Made by a program: the position numbers and the translations under genes. The notes below the pieces were generated by a model. That model was not told the origin of the DNA. It saw nothing but the letters and a program-made list of their open reading frames with translations, and ran no database searches. Source: Flavobacteriales bacterium (GTDB lineage Bacteria > Bacteroidota > Bacteroidia > Flavobacteriales_F > PHOS-HE28). From it: a stretch of DNA of 32,619 bases. The stretch is from positions 1 to 32,619 of the forward strand of contig JAVFAQ010000002.1 of NCBI GenBank assembly GCA_034002325.1, written 5' to 3'. Shown piece after piece: positions 16,530-27,386 of this stretch (positions are counted from its first letter, which is position 1; each line of letters opens with the position of its first letter).

Positions 16530-17345
16530 TCAGACGGCCACGTCATGCTCCCGCAACGCCTCGTTGAGCGATGTCTTGCGGTCGGTGCTGGCCTTGCGTT
16601 GGCCGATGATGAGGGCGCAGGGCACGCCGAACTCGCCGGCGGGGAAGCGTTTGGGCACGGTGCCGGGGATCACCACGCTGCGGGGCGGCACATGGCCCCT
16701 CATCTCGCGCGGAGCGGGGCCGGTGGCATCGATGATGCGGGTGCTGGCGGTGAGCACCACGTTGGCGCCCAGTACGGCCTCGCGCCCCACGCGCACGCCT
16801 TCCACCACGATGGCGCGCGAGCCGATGAAGCAGCCGTCCTCGATGATCACCGGCGCGGCCTGCACGGGCTCCAGCACCCCGCCGATGCCCACGCCGCCGC
16901 TCAGGTGCACGTCAGCGCCGATCTGCGCGCAGCTGCCCACGGTGGCCCAGGTGTCCACCATGGTGCCGGCGCCCACGTACGCGCCGATGTTCACGTAGCT
17001 GGGCATGAGTATGGTGCCCGGGGCGATGTAGGCCCCATGGCGCGCCACCGCATGCGGCACCACGCGGATGCCCAGCTCCGCATAGCCGCGCTTGAGCTCC
17101 ATCTTGTCATGGAACTCCATGGGCCCGGCCTCCATGGTGCGCATGCCGCGCGTGGGGAAGTAGAGGACCACGGCCTTCTTCACCCAGTCGTTCACCGTCC
17201 ATGCGCCGTTCCCGTCCTGCGGCGGGTCGGCCACGCGCAGGGTGCCTTGGTCCAGCTGGGCGATCACGTGCTCGATGGCCCGCACGGTGTCGGGGTCCTT
17301 CAGCCGGGAGCGGTCCTCCCAGGCTTGCTCGATGGTCTGGCGCAT
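16530..17345 (-). CDS. dapD: 2,3,4,5-tetrahydropyridine-2,6-dicarboxylate N-succinyltransferase
   Basis: Full-length DapD pattern: MRQTIEQAWEDR..., then left-handed beta-helix hexapeptide repeats YVNIGAYVGAGTMVDTWATVGSCAQIGADVHLSGGVGIGG. ATG 17345 is preferred over the upstream GTG at 17378. Confidence 0.9.
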   Translation of the reverse strand: MRQTIEQAWEDRSRLKDPDTVRAIEHVIAQLDQGTLRVADPPQDGNGAWTVNDWVKKAVVLYFPTRGMRTMEAGPMEFHDKMELKRGYAELGIRVVPHAVARHGAYIAPGTILMPSYVNIGAYVGAGTMVDTWATVGSCAQIGADVHLSGGVGIGGVLEPVQAAPVIIEDGCFIGSRAIVVEGVRVGREAVLGANVVLTASTRIIDATGPAPREMRGHVPPRSVVIPGTVPKRFPAGEFGVPCALIIGQRKASTDRKTSLNEALREHDVAV

Positions 17346-17350
17346 GGCGG

Positions 17351-17358
17351 CGAAAGTA
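17351..17358 (-). promoter_or_regulatory. Candidate -7 box TACTTTCG, 5 nt upstream of the dapD ATG
   Basis: The minus strand reads TACTTTCG-ccgcc-ATG. One mismatch to TAnnTTTG. Confidence 0.35.
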
Positions 17359-17394
17359 GGTATGCCACCGGGCGGCACGGCCGTCCGTGCGCCA

Positions 17395-19968
17395 TCAGTA
17401 CATCAGGTCGCCGGCCCCGCCGTACGGCCGCCGCTGCTCGAACTTCAGGTCGCGCAGCACGCTGGCCTTCACGTTGATGCGGAACATGAAGCTCTTGCGC
17501 ACGCCGATGGGGATGATGTTGAAGTTGAACTCCCAGCAGTGCAGGTCCCAGTACAGGTTGAGCGTGGTGGGCGTCCAGTCCTCATTGGTGAGGTCGTAGC
17601 CGCTGCTCACGCCCAGTTTCCAGTGCTTGAGGATGTTCACGTCGCCGTTGAAGATCACGCTCTGGCGCTCGGTGTCCTGGTGGGCGCCGCCCACGTAGCT
17701 GCGGTTCACGTCGTAGCTGTAGTTCACGTTGAGGTGCCAGGGCATGCTGAAGTTGATGCGGGCGCCCTTGTTCGGGTCGCTGTCCTCCACCACCTGCCGT
17801 TCGCCGGCATCGTCGCGCGCGGTGCCCGCGGGCTGTCCGTAGCGCTTGCTCTTCAGGTCGAAGCCCAGGGCCACGTTGGTGTAGGCCATGCGGGCCAGGC
17901 GGCCGGTGGCGGCGTACTCGCTGGTGTTGATGCGCTGCCCCAGGCCGTTCACCGCGTACGGGTCCCACAAGCTGGTCACGTTCACGTTCAGGGCGTTGAA
18001 CAGGGTGGTGCGGGCGGACACGTTCACCGGTGACCAGTTGAGCGAATCGGCGAGCAGGTCGTAATTGGTGTTGATGCCCACGAAGTCGAGCAGCTTCACC
18101 TTCTTGTACGTCTCTTCGGCGCGCCCGGTGCTGTCCGGCGGGGCCTTGCGGTCCAGCACCTTGGCCTCCACGTTGTTGATCAGGCCCAGCGCAAGGGTGC
18201 TGCTGCGGCCGGCGGCGGGCTTGCCGAAGATGCCGGTGTCCCACGGCGAATAGCTGCCCTGCGTGCCGCCGGGGCCGTAGGGGCCGGTGATCTCGGTGCT
18301 TTGGTCGGGGCGGTAGTTGAAGCTGGCGGTGGGCGTCATCACGTGGCGGATGGCGCGCAGGCGTTTGCTGCGGTAGCTGTACATGAAATACAGCTTGCTG
18401 GTGAGGGTGGCGCCGGCGCTCCATTCGAAGGGGGCACCGAAGGTGGGCACGGTGTCCGTGCGCACGAAGCTGCTGTCGCCTTCGGTCACGAGCCCCTTGC
18501 GCAGACGGCTGAAGTACATGCGGTCGGTGGCACGGAACTCGGGGTTGAGGCTGAAGAAACGGTTCTTCAGGGTGGTGCCCACGTTGGCGGTGTGGCGCAC
18601 GCCGTTGCGCATCTGCCCGGCCAGATAGGCCAGGTTGTCCAGCGCGATCCGGTCCTCGGTGGTGCTGAGGCGGTTCTCGAAGTAGGCGGTGTAGTTCACG
18701 CTCAACTGGTCGTACCAGCGGGGAGCGGCGCCGGCCGGGCGCAGCAGCTGCACGGGCAGGATGCGTTGCAGGTTGAAGGTGAGCGCCGGCAGGGTGAGGT
18801 CGAAGGTGCGGTTCAGGGTGTTCTGGCTGTGGCGCAGGTTGGCGCTGAGGTTGAACGGGCGGCCGGGCCACAGGTGGGTCCAGGCGATGTTGCTCTGGAA
18901 GGTGTTGCTCAGGTAGTCGTTGAGGTTGCTGTTGAAGTTGTTGGAGAAGTTCTGGCTGGTGCCCACGTTCACACTGGCGCTGAAGCGGTCGGTGAGGCTG
19001 GCGCGGCTGTCCACCTGGTGGTCCCAGCGCACGAAGAAGTTGTTCAGCCGGCTGAAGTCGGGGAACTCGGGGTCGCTGTTGAGCTGGGTGCTTCGGCTGA
19101 TGTCCAGATGGCCGGTGTAGCGGTAGCGGGTGCGGTACCGGGCCTGGGCGCGCGCGGCCCAGCTGCCGCGGCTGTATATGTCGCCGGTGAGCTGCAGGTC
19201 GGCATGGTCGCTCAACGGCAGGTAGTAGCCACCGTTGAGCAGGAAGTAGCCCAGCTGGTCGCTGTTGCCCCACACGGGGATGAGCACGCCGCTGCTGCGC
19301 CCCTTCTTGTTGGGGAACAGGCCGAAGGGCACGGCCAGCGGGGTGGGCACGGGCCCCACCTTCATGAAGGCCGGCCCGGTCACGATCTTGTCGTCGGGCA
19401 GCACCATCATGCGCCCCACACGGAAGTGGTAGTGGGGCCGGGGCCGGTCGCACGTGGTGAGCATGCCGCCGGTACTGTGTACTTCGCCGTCGGGGTGGCG
19501 CTTGCTCAGGCGGGCGTGTACCCAGGTCTCCTGCTCCTGGGTGGTGACGTCGCGGATCAGCCCGGTCTTGCTGCGGAAGCTGTACCGGATGCTGTCGGCG
19601 TCGAAGGAGTGGCCTTCCTGGGTGAAGCGCGGCTTGCCCTGCTCGGCCCCGGTGCTGTCCGGCGCACCAAAAGCATGGGCCTCCTCGTTCTTGAAGCTGA
19701 AGATGATGCGTTCGGCGCTGAGCTGCACGCCTTCGTAGGTGACGGTGGCGGCCCCGAACAGATGGACCTCCTGCGCGCCCAGGTCGTACCGGATGCTGTC
19801 GCGGGCACTGTACGCCACCTCGCTCTCCAGGGCCTGCGCCCCCAGCCGCTGCACCCCCGTGCCCGCCAACAGCAACGTGATGAAAACTGCCCGCCCCCAC
19901 CCGCCCGCGCCCGTGCCCGGCCCGTTAAGTTCGCGCCATGAAGGCGGGGTACGTCGTGTTCGCGTCAT
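17395..19968 (-). CDS. lptD: Putative LPS-assembly outer membrane protein LptD (Bacteroidota type)
   Basis: N-terminal OstA-like region (YSARDSIRYDL...VTYEGVQLSAERIIF...) followed by a long beta-barrel-like region rich in Y/F/N/S. The signal-like segment AVFITLLLAGTGVQRLGAQA follows M at 19968. The ORF-track extension to 20208 overlaps the divergent gene and is not credible. Confidence 0.82.
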   Translation of the reverse strand: MTRTRRTPPSWRELNGPGTGAGGWGRAVFITLLLAGTGVQRLGAQALESEVAYSARDSIRYDLGAQEVHLFGAATVTYEGVQLSAERIIFSFKNEEAHAFGAPDSTGAEQGKPRFTQEGHSFDADSIRYSFRSKTGLIRDVTTQEQETWVHARLSKRHPDGEVHSTGGMLTTCDRPRPHYHFRVGRMMVLPDDKIVTGPAFMKVGPVPTPLAVPFGLFPNKKGRSSGVLIPVWGNSDQLGYFLLNGGYYLPLSDHADLQLTGDIYSRGSWAARAQARYRTRYRYTGHLDISRSTQLNSDPEFPDFSRLNNFFVRWDHQVDSRASLTDRFSASVNVGTSQNFSNNFNSNLNDYLSNTFQSNIAWTHLWPGRPFNLSANLRHSQNTLNRTFDLTLPALTFNLQRILPVQLLRPAGAAPRWYDQLSVNYTAYFENRLSTTEDRIALDNLAYLAGQMRNGVRHTANVGTTLKNRFFSLNPEFRATDRMYFSRLRKGLVTEGDSSFVRTDTVPTFGAPFEWSAGATLTSKLYFMYSYRSKRLRAIRHVMTPTASFNYRPDQSTEITGPYGPGGTQGSYSPWDTGIFGKPAAGRSSTLALGLINNVEAKVLDRKAPPDSTGRAEETYKKVKLLDFVGINTNYDLLADSLNWSPVNVSARTTLFNALNVNVTSLWDPYAVNGLGQRINTSEYAATGRLARMAYTNVALGFDLKSKRYGQPAGTARDDAGERQVVEDSDPNKGARINFSMPWHLNVNYSYDVNRSYVGGAHQDTERQSVIFNGDVNILKHWKLGVSSGYDLTNEDWTPTTLNLYWDLHCWEFNFNIIPIGVRKSFMFRINVKASVLRDLKFEQRRPYGGAGDLMY

Positions 19969-20032
19969 GGATGCGCCGGGCCTGTGCCCGGGAACGGGCG
20001 CGGCGAAAATACCGCAACCCCCTGCGCCGCCC

Positions 20033-21178
20033 ATGGAACGCCGGTTGATCGGAACATCGTGCGGGGCCGCCCTGCTGCTGGCGCTGGCCCTCGGCTCCCC
20101 GCACGGGGGCGCCGCCCAGGGCCGCGACCCCGTGCGCATCCGCACCGTGGTGATCGACCCCGGGCACGGCGGGAAGGACCCCGGCGCGGTGGGCACCGGC
20201 CGGTACAAGACCTACGAGAAGGACATCGTGCTGAACGTGGGCCTGCTCGCCGGCAAGTACATCGCCGAGGCCTTCCCCGACGTGAAGGTGATCTACACCC
20301 GCGACAAGGACCACTTCGTGGAACTGATGGAGCGCAGCCAGATCGCCAACCGGGCCCAGGCCGACCTGTTCATCAGCATCCACTGCAACAGCAACGATTC
20401 GCCCAAGCCGGTGGGGGCCGAGACCTTCGTGATGGGCCTGCACAAGACCGAGGCCAACATGCGCGTGGCCATGAAGGAGAACGCCTCGATCCTGCTGGAG
20501 GAGGGCCACGAACTGCGCTACGACGGCTTCGACCCGAAGGACCCCGAGAGCATCATCGCGTTGAGCCTGCGCCAGAACGTTTTCCTTGACCAAAGCCTCC
20601 TGTACAGCGCGCTGGTGCAAAAGCAGTTCAAGGAGCGCGTGGGCCGGCCGGACCGCGGGGTGAAGCAGGCGGGCTTCCTGGTGATTAGCTATACCACCAT
20701 GCCGGCCGTGCTGGTGGAGCTGGGCTTCATCAGCAACCCGGAGGAAGAGGACTTTTTACAGGGCGCGCAGGGGCAGGACTACATGGCCAGCGCCATCTAC
20801 CGGGCCTTCAAGGAGTACAAGGCCAACCTGGAGAGCCATGGCGCCACCGCCGCGCCGCCGGTGGCCGAGGCGGCCGAGGAGCCCGCGCCCGCCCCGGTCG
20901 TCATCGCCAGCGGGGTGCGCTTCAAGGTGCAGGTGGCCACCACCGCGAAGCGCACCGACACCCGGCCCGCCAACTTCAACGGGCTCCAGGGCGTGGAGGA
21001 ACACAAGGGCGCCGGGCTGTTCCGCTACACCGTGGGCGACGAGACCACCCTGGAGGCCGCCCGTACCTTGCAGGCCCGTTGCCGGGAGAAAGGCTTCGAC
21101 GGCGCCTTCATCGTGGCATACCGCAACGGTGAGCGGATCGATCTGCAGGAAGCTGTTAAATTGGCCCATGGCCGCTGA
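20033..21178 (+). CDS. N-acetylmuramoyl-L-alanine amidase (Amidase_3) with C-terminal SPOR-like domain
   Basis: Signal peptide, then VVIDPGHGGKDPGA, FISIHCNS, ETFVMG and GFLVISYTTMPAVLVELGFISN motifs. An Ala/Pro linker precedes the SPOR-like VRFKVQVATT...GAFIVAYRNGERI. An alternative in-frame ATG lies at 19967. Confidence 0.85.
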   Translation: MERRLIGTSCGAALLLALALGSPHGGAAQGRDPVRIRTVVIDPGHGGKDPGAVGTGRYKTYEKDIVLNVGLLAGKYIAEAFPDVKVIYTRDKDHFVELMERSQIANRAQADLFISIHCNSNDSPKPVGAETFVMGLHKTEANMRVAMKENASILLEEGHELRYDGFDPKDPESIIALSLRQNVFLDQSLLYSALVQKQFKERVGRPDRGVKQAGFLVISYTTMPAVLVELGFISNPEEEDFLQGAQGQDYMASAIYRAFKEYKANLESHGATAAPPVAEAAEEPAPAPVVIASGVRFKVQVATTAKRTDTRPANFNGLQGVEEHKGAGLFRYTVGDETTLEAARTLQARCREKGFDGAFIVAYRNGERIDLQEAVKLAHGR

Positions 21179-21199
21179 GCGGAGTACGGGCATGAGCGC

Positions 21200-22228
21200 A
21201 TGAAGCGACGTGAATACACCATCGCCCTGCTGGTACTGGCCGGGGCCGCACTGCTGATCTTCGGCATCAACTTCCTCAAGGGCCTGGACCTGCTGCAGAA
21301 GCGCAACGTGTACCACGTGGTGTACGGCAACGTCGCGGGCATCGGCGAATCCAGCCCGGTGTACTACAACGGCTACAAGGTGGGCCAGGTGGTGCGCACC
21401 CATTTCATGCCGCGCACGGGCCATATCGCGGTGAGCTTCCAGCTGAACGAACGCGACCTGCACCTGCCGCGCGACAGCCGGGTGGAGATCTACAGCGCCG
21501 ACCTCTTCAGCCGCGCCCTGCAGCTGCTGCCCGGCACGACCCCCGCCATGGCCGCCCCCGGCGACACCCTCATGGGCGGTGCCCAGCTCAGCCTCACCGA
21601 TGCCGTGGGCGAGCAGATCGACCCGCTCAAGCGCAAGGCCGAGGGCATGCTCGCCAGCGTGGACTCCGTGCTCACCGCCCTGCAGCTCATCCTCAACGAC
21701 AGTGCCCGGCGCGATATCGACGCCAGCTTCTCCAGCATCCGCAGCACCCTGGAGACCTTCAACCAGAGCGCCCAGCGGCTCGATGCCATGATCGCCGCCG
21801 AGCGGGTCACCGTCCACAACGCCCTGGCCAACATCGAGGACGTCACCGGCAATCTGCGGTCGTACAATGATGAGATCGGCCGCATCATCTCCAACCTCGA
21901 CTCCGTCAGCACCACCCTGGCCGACGGCGGGCTGGACCGGGTGATGGCCGACCTCACCTCCGCCAGCGGCCAACTCAAGACCATGATGGACCGCATGGAG
22001 CAGGGCCAGGGCACCTTGGGCGCGCTGCTGCACAACGACACCCTCTACCAGAACCTGCAAAGCGCCAGCCGCGAGATGGACATGCTGATCGAGGACCTGC
22101 GCCTGAACCCCAACCGCTACGTGCATCTGTCGTTGTTCGGCAAGAAGGACAAGCTGCCCAAGCTCAGCGACAGCGACGTGGACCGTATCAAGCGCGCGCT
22201 GCAGGAGGACAAACGCATGCAGCGATGA
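21200..22228 (+). CDS. MlaD/MCE-domain protein
   Basis: N-terminal TM helix (YTIALLVLAGAALLIFGINFL) followed by an MCE fold pattern (YHVVYGNVAGIGESSPVYYNGYKVGQV) and a long helical C-terminal region. Confidence 0.85.
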   Translation: MKRREYTIALLVLAGAALLIFGINFLKGLDLLQKRNVYHVVYGNVAGIGESSPVYYNGYKVGQVVRTHFMPRTGHIAVSFQLNERDLHLPRDSRVEIYSADLFSRALQLLPGTTPAMAAPGDTLMGGAQLSLTDAVGEQIDPLKRKAEGMLASVDSVLTALQLILNDSARRDIDASFSSIRSTLETFNQSAQRLDAMIAAERVTVHNALANIEDVTGNLRSYNDEIGRIISNLDSVSTTLADGGLDRVMADLTSASGQLKTMMDRMEQGQGTLGALLHNDTLYQNLQSASREMDMLIEDLRLNPNRYVHLSLFGKKDKLPKLSDSDVDRIKRALQEDKRMQR

Positions 22229-23556
22229 TCGCCTCCATCGTCTTCGTCGTCCTGCTGCTGGCCGCCGGTGCGCTCTTCGCCCGCAACGCGATGCGCATCC
22301 GCCGCAACATCCTGCTGGGGCGCGATGAGGACCGCACCGACCGCCGCACCGAACGCTGGGCCACCATGGCGCGCGTGGCGCTGGGCCAGAGCAAGATGGT
22401 GGTGCGCCCCATCGCGGGCATCCTGCACATCCTGGTCTACGCCGGTTTCGTCATCATCAACATCGAGATGCTGGAGATCGTCATCGACGGCATCTTCGGC
22501 ACCCACCGCGTACTGAGCTTCCTCGGTGGCTTCTACGACTTCCTCATCGCCGGCTTCGAGTGGCTCGCCCTCGGCGTGTGGGTGAGCTGCGCCATCTTCC
22601 TCGTGCGCCGCAACATCATCAAGCTGAAGCGCTTCGCCATGAAGGAGCTCGATGGCTGGCCGCGCACCGATGCCAACCTGATCCTCTTCACCGAGATCGC
22701 GCTAATGACTGCCTTCCTGCTCATGAATGCGGCGGATATGGGGATCCAAGCCCAAACGGATACGCTTGGCCGCAGCTACGATTTTCCCATAAGCGGCACC
22801 ATCGCCCATCTTTTGAACTTTCCGACTTTCCAACCTTCCAGCCTGATCCTCATTGAACGGATATGCTGGTGGTTCCACATCATCGGCGTGTTCGCCTTCC
22901 TCAACTACCTCGTGGTGAGCAAGCACCTGCACATCCTGTTGGCCTTCCCCAACACGTGGTACAGTAAGCTGAAGCCGAAGACCGAGATGGAGAACATGCC
23001 GCGCATCACCGGCGAGGTGATGAGCATGATGGACCCTTCCGTGCTGCCGCCCGAGCCTGCACCCGCGCGCAAAGTGGCCGGTATGGAAGTGAACGAACGC
23101 TTCGGCGCCAAGGACGTGTTCGACCTCAGCTGGAAGAGCCTGATGGACGCCTACACCTGCACCGAGTGCGGGCGTTGCACCAGTGAGTGTCCGGCCAACA
23201 TCACCGGCAAGCTGCTCAGTCCGCGCAAGATCATGATGGACACGCGTGACCGCCTCGCCGAGGTGGGCCGCAACATCGATACCAACAAGGGCACCTTCAC
23301 CGAGGACGGCAAGGATCTGCACAGCCGCATCACCGATGAGGAGCTGTGGGCCTGCACCACCTGCAACGCCTGCACCCAGGCCTGCCCGGTGAACATCGAT
23401 CCGGTCCACATCATCATGGAGATGCGCCGCTACCTCGTGATGGAACAGAGCAGCACCCGCCCCGCGCTCACCAGCATGTTCAACAACGTGGAGAACAACG
23501 GCGCACCCTGGGCGTTCGGGCCGGACAGAAGGATGGAATGGACGCAGGGATCATGA
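22225..23556 (+). CDS. Integral-membrane (Fe-S)-binding protein: polytopic N-terminal domain fused to a 2x[4Fe-4S] ferredoxin domain (HdrD/DsrK N-terminal-like)
   Basis: About five TM segments with conserved His (GILHILVY, WWFHIIG, SKHLHILLAFPN). Two cluster motifs, CTECGRCTSECP and CTTCNACTQACP. ATGA overlap with the MlaD stop. Confidence 0.85.
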   Translation: MIASIVFVVLLLAAGALFARNAMRIRRNILLGRDEDRTDRRTERWATMARVALGQSKMVVRPIAGILHILVYAGFVIINIEMLEIVIDGIFGTHRVLSFLGGFYDFLIAGFEWLALGVWVSCAIFLVRRNIIKLKRFAMKELDGWPRTDANLILFTEIALMTAFLLMNAADMGIQAQTDTLGRSYDFPISGTIAHLLNFPTFQPSSLILIERICWWFHIIGVFAFLNYLVVSKHLHILLAFPNTWYSKLKPKTEMENMPRITGEVMSMMDPSVLPPEPAPARKVAGMEVNERFGAKDVFDLSWKSLMDAYTCTECGRCTSECPANITGKLLSPRKIMMDTRDRLAEVGRNIDTNKGTFTEDGKDLHSRITDEELWACTTCNACTQACPVNIDPVHIIMEMRRYLVMEQSSTRPALTSMFNNVENNGAPWAFGPDRRMEWTQGS

Positions 23557-23620
23557 TGGATTTTTACACAGGACGACCGGTTGGAGTGAACGCAGGGGGC
23601 ATGATCGATGCACCCGTAGC

Positions 23621-23639
23621 GTCGACCCACCGGGTCGAC
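23621..23639 (+). promoter_or_regulatory. Intercistronic hairpin 5 nt upstream of the CCG-protein ATG
   Basis: GTCGACCC (23621-23628) pairs with GGGTCGAC (23632-23639) around a 3-nt loop. It sits in the 88-nt spacer between the two Fe-S genes. Function unknown. Confidence 0.3.
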
Positions 23640-23644
23640 CCGAA

Positions 23645-26009
<2,365 letters not shown>

Positions 26010-26088
26010 CGGGTCGCCGCCGATCCTCTCCCCCGCCCTGCCCGGGTGCCGCCCATGGGCCCGCATCCCGGTCGGGGTCCGGTCCCGG

Positions 26089-26391
26089 TCAGTGCGTGGC
26101 CAGCTTGCGCACCATCTCCTGGGTGAAGCTCGATGCGGCCGGCCCGTAAGCGTTCACCAGCACGCCCCGCACCGCACCGTCCTTGGAACTGATGGCGTAC
26201 ACGATGCTCTGGTCATCGGGGTCGGTCATGCCCTCGAAGCGATGGAACTCGTCGATCTCGAACTCGTCGGGGTCCAGGTTCACACCGCGCTGGTGGCACA
26301 CCAGGCAATGCCCGCCGGCGGTGAGGTCGTCGGTGTAGCCGCGCTTCTGCAGGTCGTTCACGGCTTCGGAGAGGGTGGAATAGGAGCGCAT
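26089..26391 (-). CDS. Small conserved protein of unknown function (100 aa)
   Basis: MRSYSTLSEAVNDLQKRGYTDDL...EFEIDEFHRFEGMTDPDDQSIVYAISS...GVLVNAYG resembles a ~100-aa family common in Bacteroidota. As I recall, this family is often mislabelled as PRPP synthetase. That recollection is unverified. Confidence 0.65.
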   Translation of the reverse strand: MRSYSTLSEAVNDLQKRGYTDDLTAGGHCLVCHQRGVNLDPDEFEIDEFHRFEGMTDPDDQSIVYAISSKDGAVRGVLVNAYGPAASSFTQEMVRKLATH

Positions 26392-26395
26392 GGGG

Positions 26396-26403
26396 TGAAG
26401 GTA
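26396..26403 (-). promoter_or_regulatory. Candidate degenerate -7 box TACCTTCA, 4 nt upstream of ATG 26391
   Basis: The minus strand reads TACCTTCA-cccc-ATG. Two mismatches to TAnnTTTG, but it shares the TACCTT core seen at other starts. Confidence 0.25.
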
Positions 26404-26444
26404 CGACCGGGCCGTAGGATACCGTCAGTGCCCGGGGCACGGTA

Positions 26445-27326
26445 TCAGGCAAGCGCGCCGGCCCGCCGCTCCAGTTCGGCCAGCAGCGGCTCGGACACGG
26501 GCCGCTCCAGTTTGCGGGCGAACAGCTTGCCGCTGCCGAGCACGGCATGCAGGTCGTCCAGGTCCAGCACAGCCGGGGTGCTGCCGTTGCGCCGGCGCCA
26601 ATCCACGTAGCGCAGGTTGTCGTTCACCACGTTCGGGGCGAACGGCGAGTCGAGCACCAGGGTCTGCACCAGGACCTCCTCGCCGCAATGGGTATGGGCG
26701 AAGCGGCGCAGCAGGCGCGGCTCGCGGTCCAGGCGGTCCAGCAGGTGGGCCACGCATTCCCGGCTCAGGCTCCACCAGGTGCTCCCGCCGTACAGCGGTG
26801 GCAGACCCCGTGTGCTGCGCCGTATGCCCAGCGCCTTCTGCCAGCGCGCCAAGCGGTTGGTCCAAAGCCGGTTGTTGCCGCGCTTCACGTCGATCCAGTC
26901 CAATGGGTGGTACAGCTCGATGCGGTCGAGCCCGCCGTCGCGCCAGTGGTGGGTGGGCAGGGCGAAGTGCTCGAGGAATTCCTTCCCGCGGCGGGCCTCC
27001 ATGCGGGCATCCAGCTCGGCCGGGGCCAGCAGGGGGTGGTCGCTGCCGCTGATGGCGTGCAGGTAATGGGCCTCGCCGTCCTCCACGGCCAGCCGGGCCA
27101 GGTGCAGGATGGCCTTGAGGTGGGCGCTGCTTCCCCATCGCACGCGGTACCGGCGGCTCAGCGCGTTCACGTTCTCCTCGGCCAGCAGCGCGTCCAGGTC
27201 CGCGCGGGGCACGCGGCTGCGGCGGTCCAGGTGGATGTACACGTGCGCCTCCGGCCCCAGGGCCCGCACCAACCGCACCAGCCGCGGAACGTCCTTGTAC
27301 GCGGTGATCAGGAACGCGTGGACCAT
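26445..27326 (-). CDS. Glycosyltransferase family 14-like (Core-2/I-branching beta-1,6-N-acetylglucosaminyltransferase-type 'Branch' domain)
   Basis: HAFLITAYKDVPRLVRLVRAL...VYIHLDRRS, RVRWGSSAHLKA and GGSTWWSLSRECVAHLL match the Branch-domain pattern. ATG 27326 is preferred over the ORF-track start at 27362. Confidence 0.78.
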   Translation of the reverse strand: MVHAFLITAYKDVPRLVRLVRALGPEAHVYIHLDRRSRVPRADLDALLAEENVNALSRRYRVRWGSSAHLKAILHLARLAVEDGEAHYLHAISGSDHPLLAPAELDARMEARRGKEFLEHFALPTHHWRDGGLDRIELYHPLDWIDVKRGNNRLWTNRLARWQKALGIRRSTRGLPPLYGGSTWWSLSRECVAHLLDRLDREPRLLRRFAHTHCGEEVLVQTLVLDSPFAPNVVNDNLRYVDWRRRNGSTPAVLDLDDLHAVLGSGKLFARKLERPVSEPLLAELERRAGALA

Positions 27327-27332
27327 CGGCGG

Positions 27333-27340
27333 CAAATGTA
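27333..27340 (-). promoter_or_regulatory. Candidate -7 box TACATTTG, 6 nt upstream of the GT14 ATG
   Basis: The minus strand reads TACATTTG-ccgccg-ATG. Exact TAnnTTTG match. Confidence 0.45.
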
Positions 27341-27386
27341 CCGGGAGCGGCCATCGGCCCACATGCCCGCCGCCGCCTTCGGGCCT

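Noticed and set aside
19938-20048. A 36-aa, highly basic small ORF (MKAGYVVFASWMRRACARERARRKYRNPLRRPWNAG). It starts 4 nt after a TAAGTTCG box-like octamer (19926-19933) in the lptD/amidase divergent region.
   Set aside because: It is short, overlaps both the lptD 5' end (antisense) and the amidase start, and has no family resemblance. The arrangement mimics the leaderless pattern but could easily arise by chance. It is worth checking only if ribosome profiling data exist.
19969-20208. N-terminal extension of the lptD ORF (to 20208). The analogous extension of the ABC-F ORF runs from 29286 to 29966.
   Set aside because: Both extensions run antisense through well-supported divergent genes (the amidase and the CDGSH protein) and lack any signal-peptide logic. 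The internal ATGs at 19968 and 29285 give canonical N-termini.
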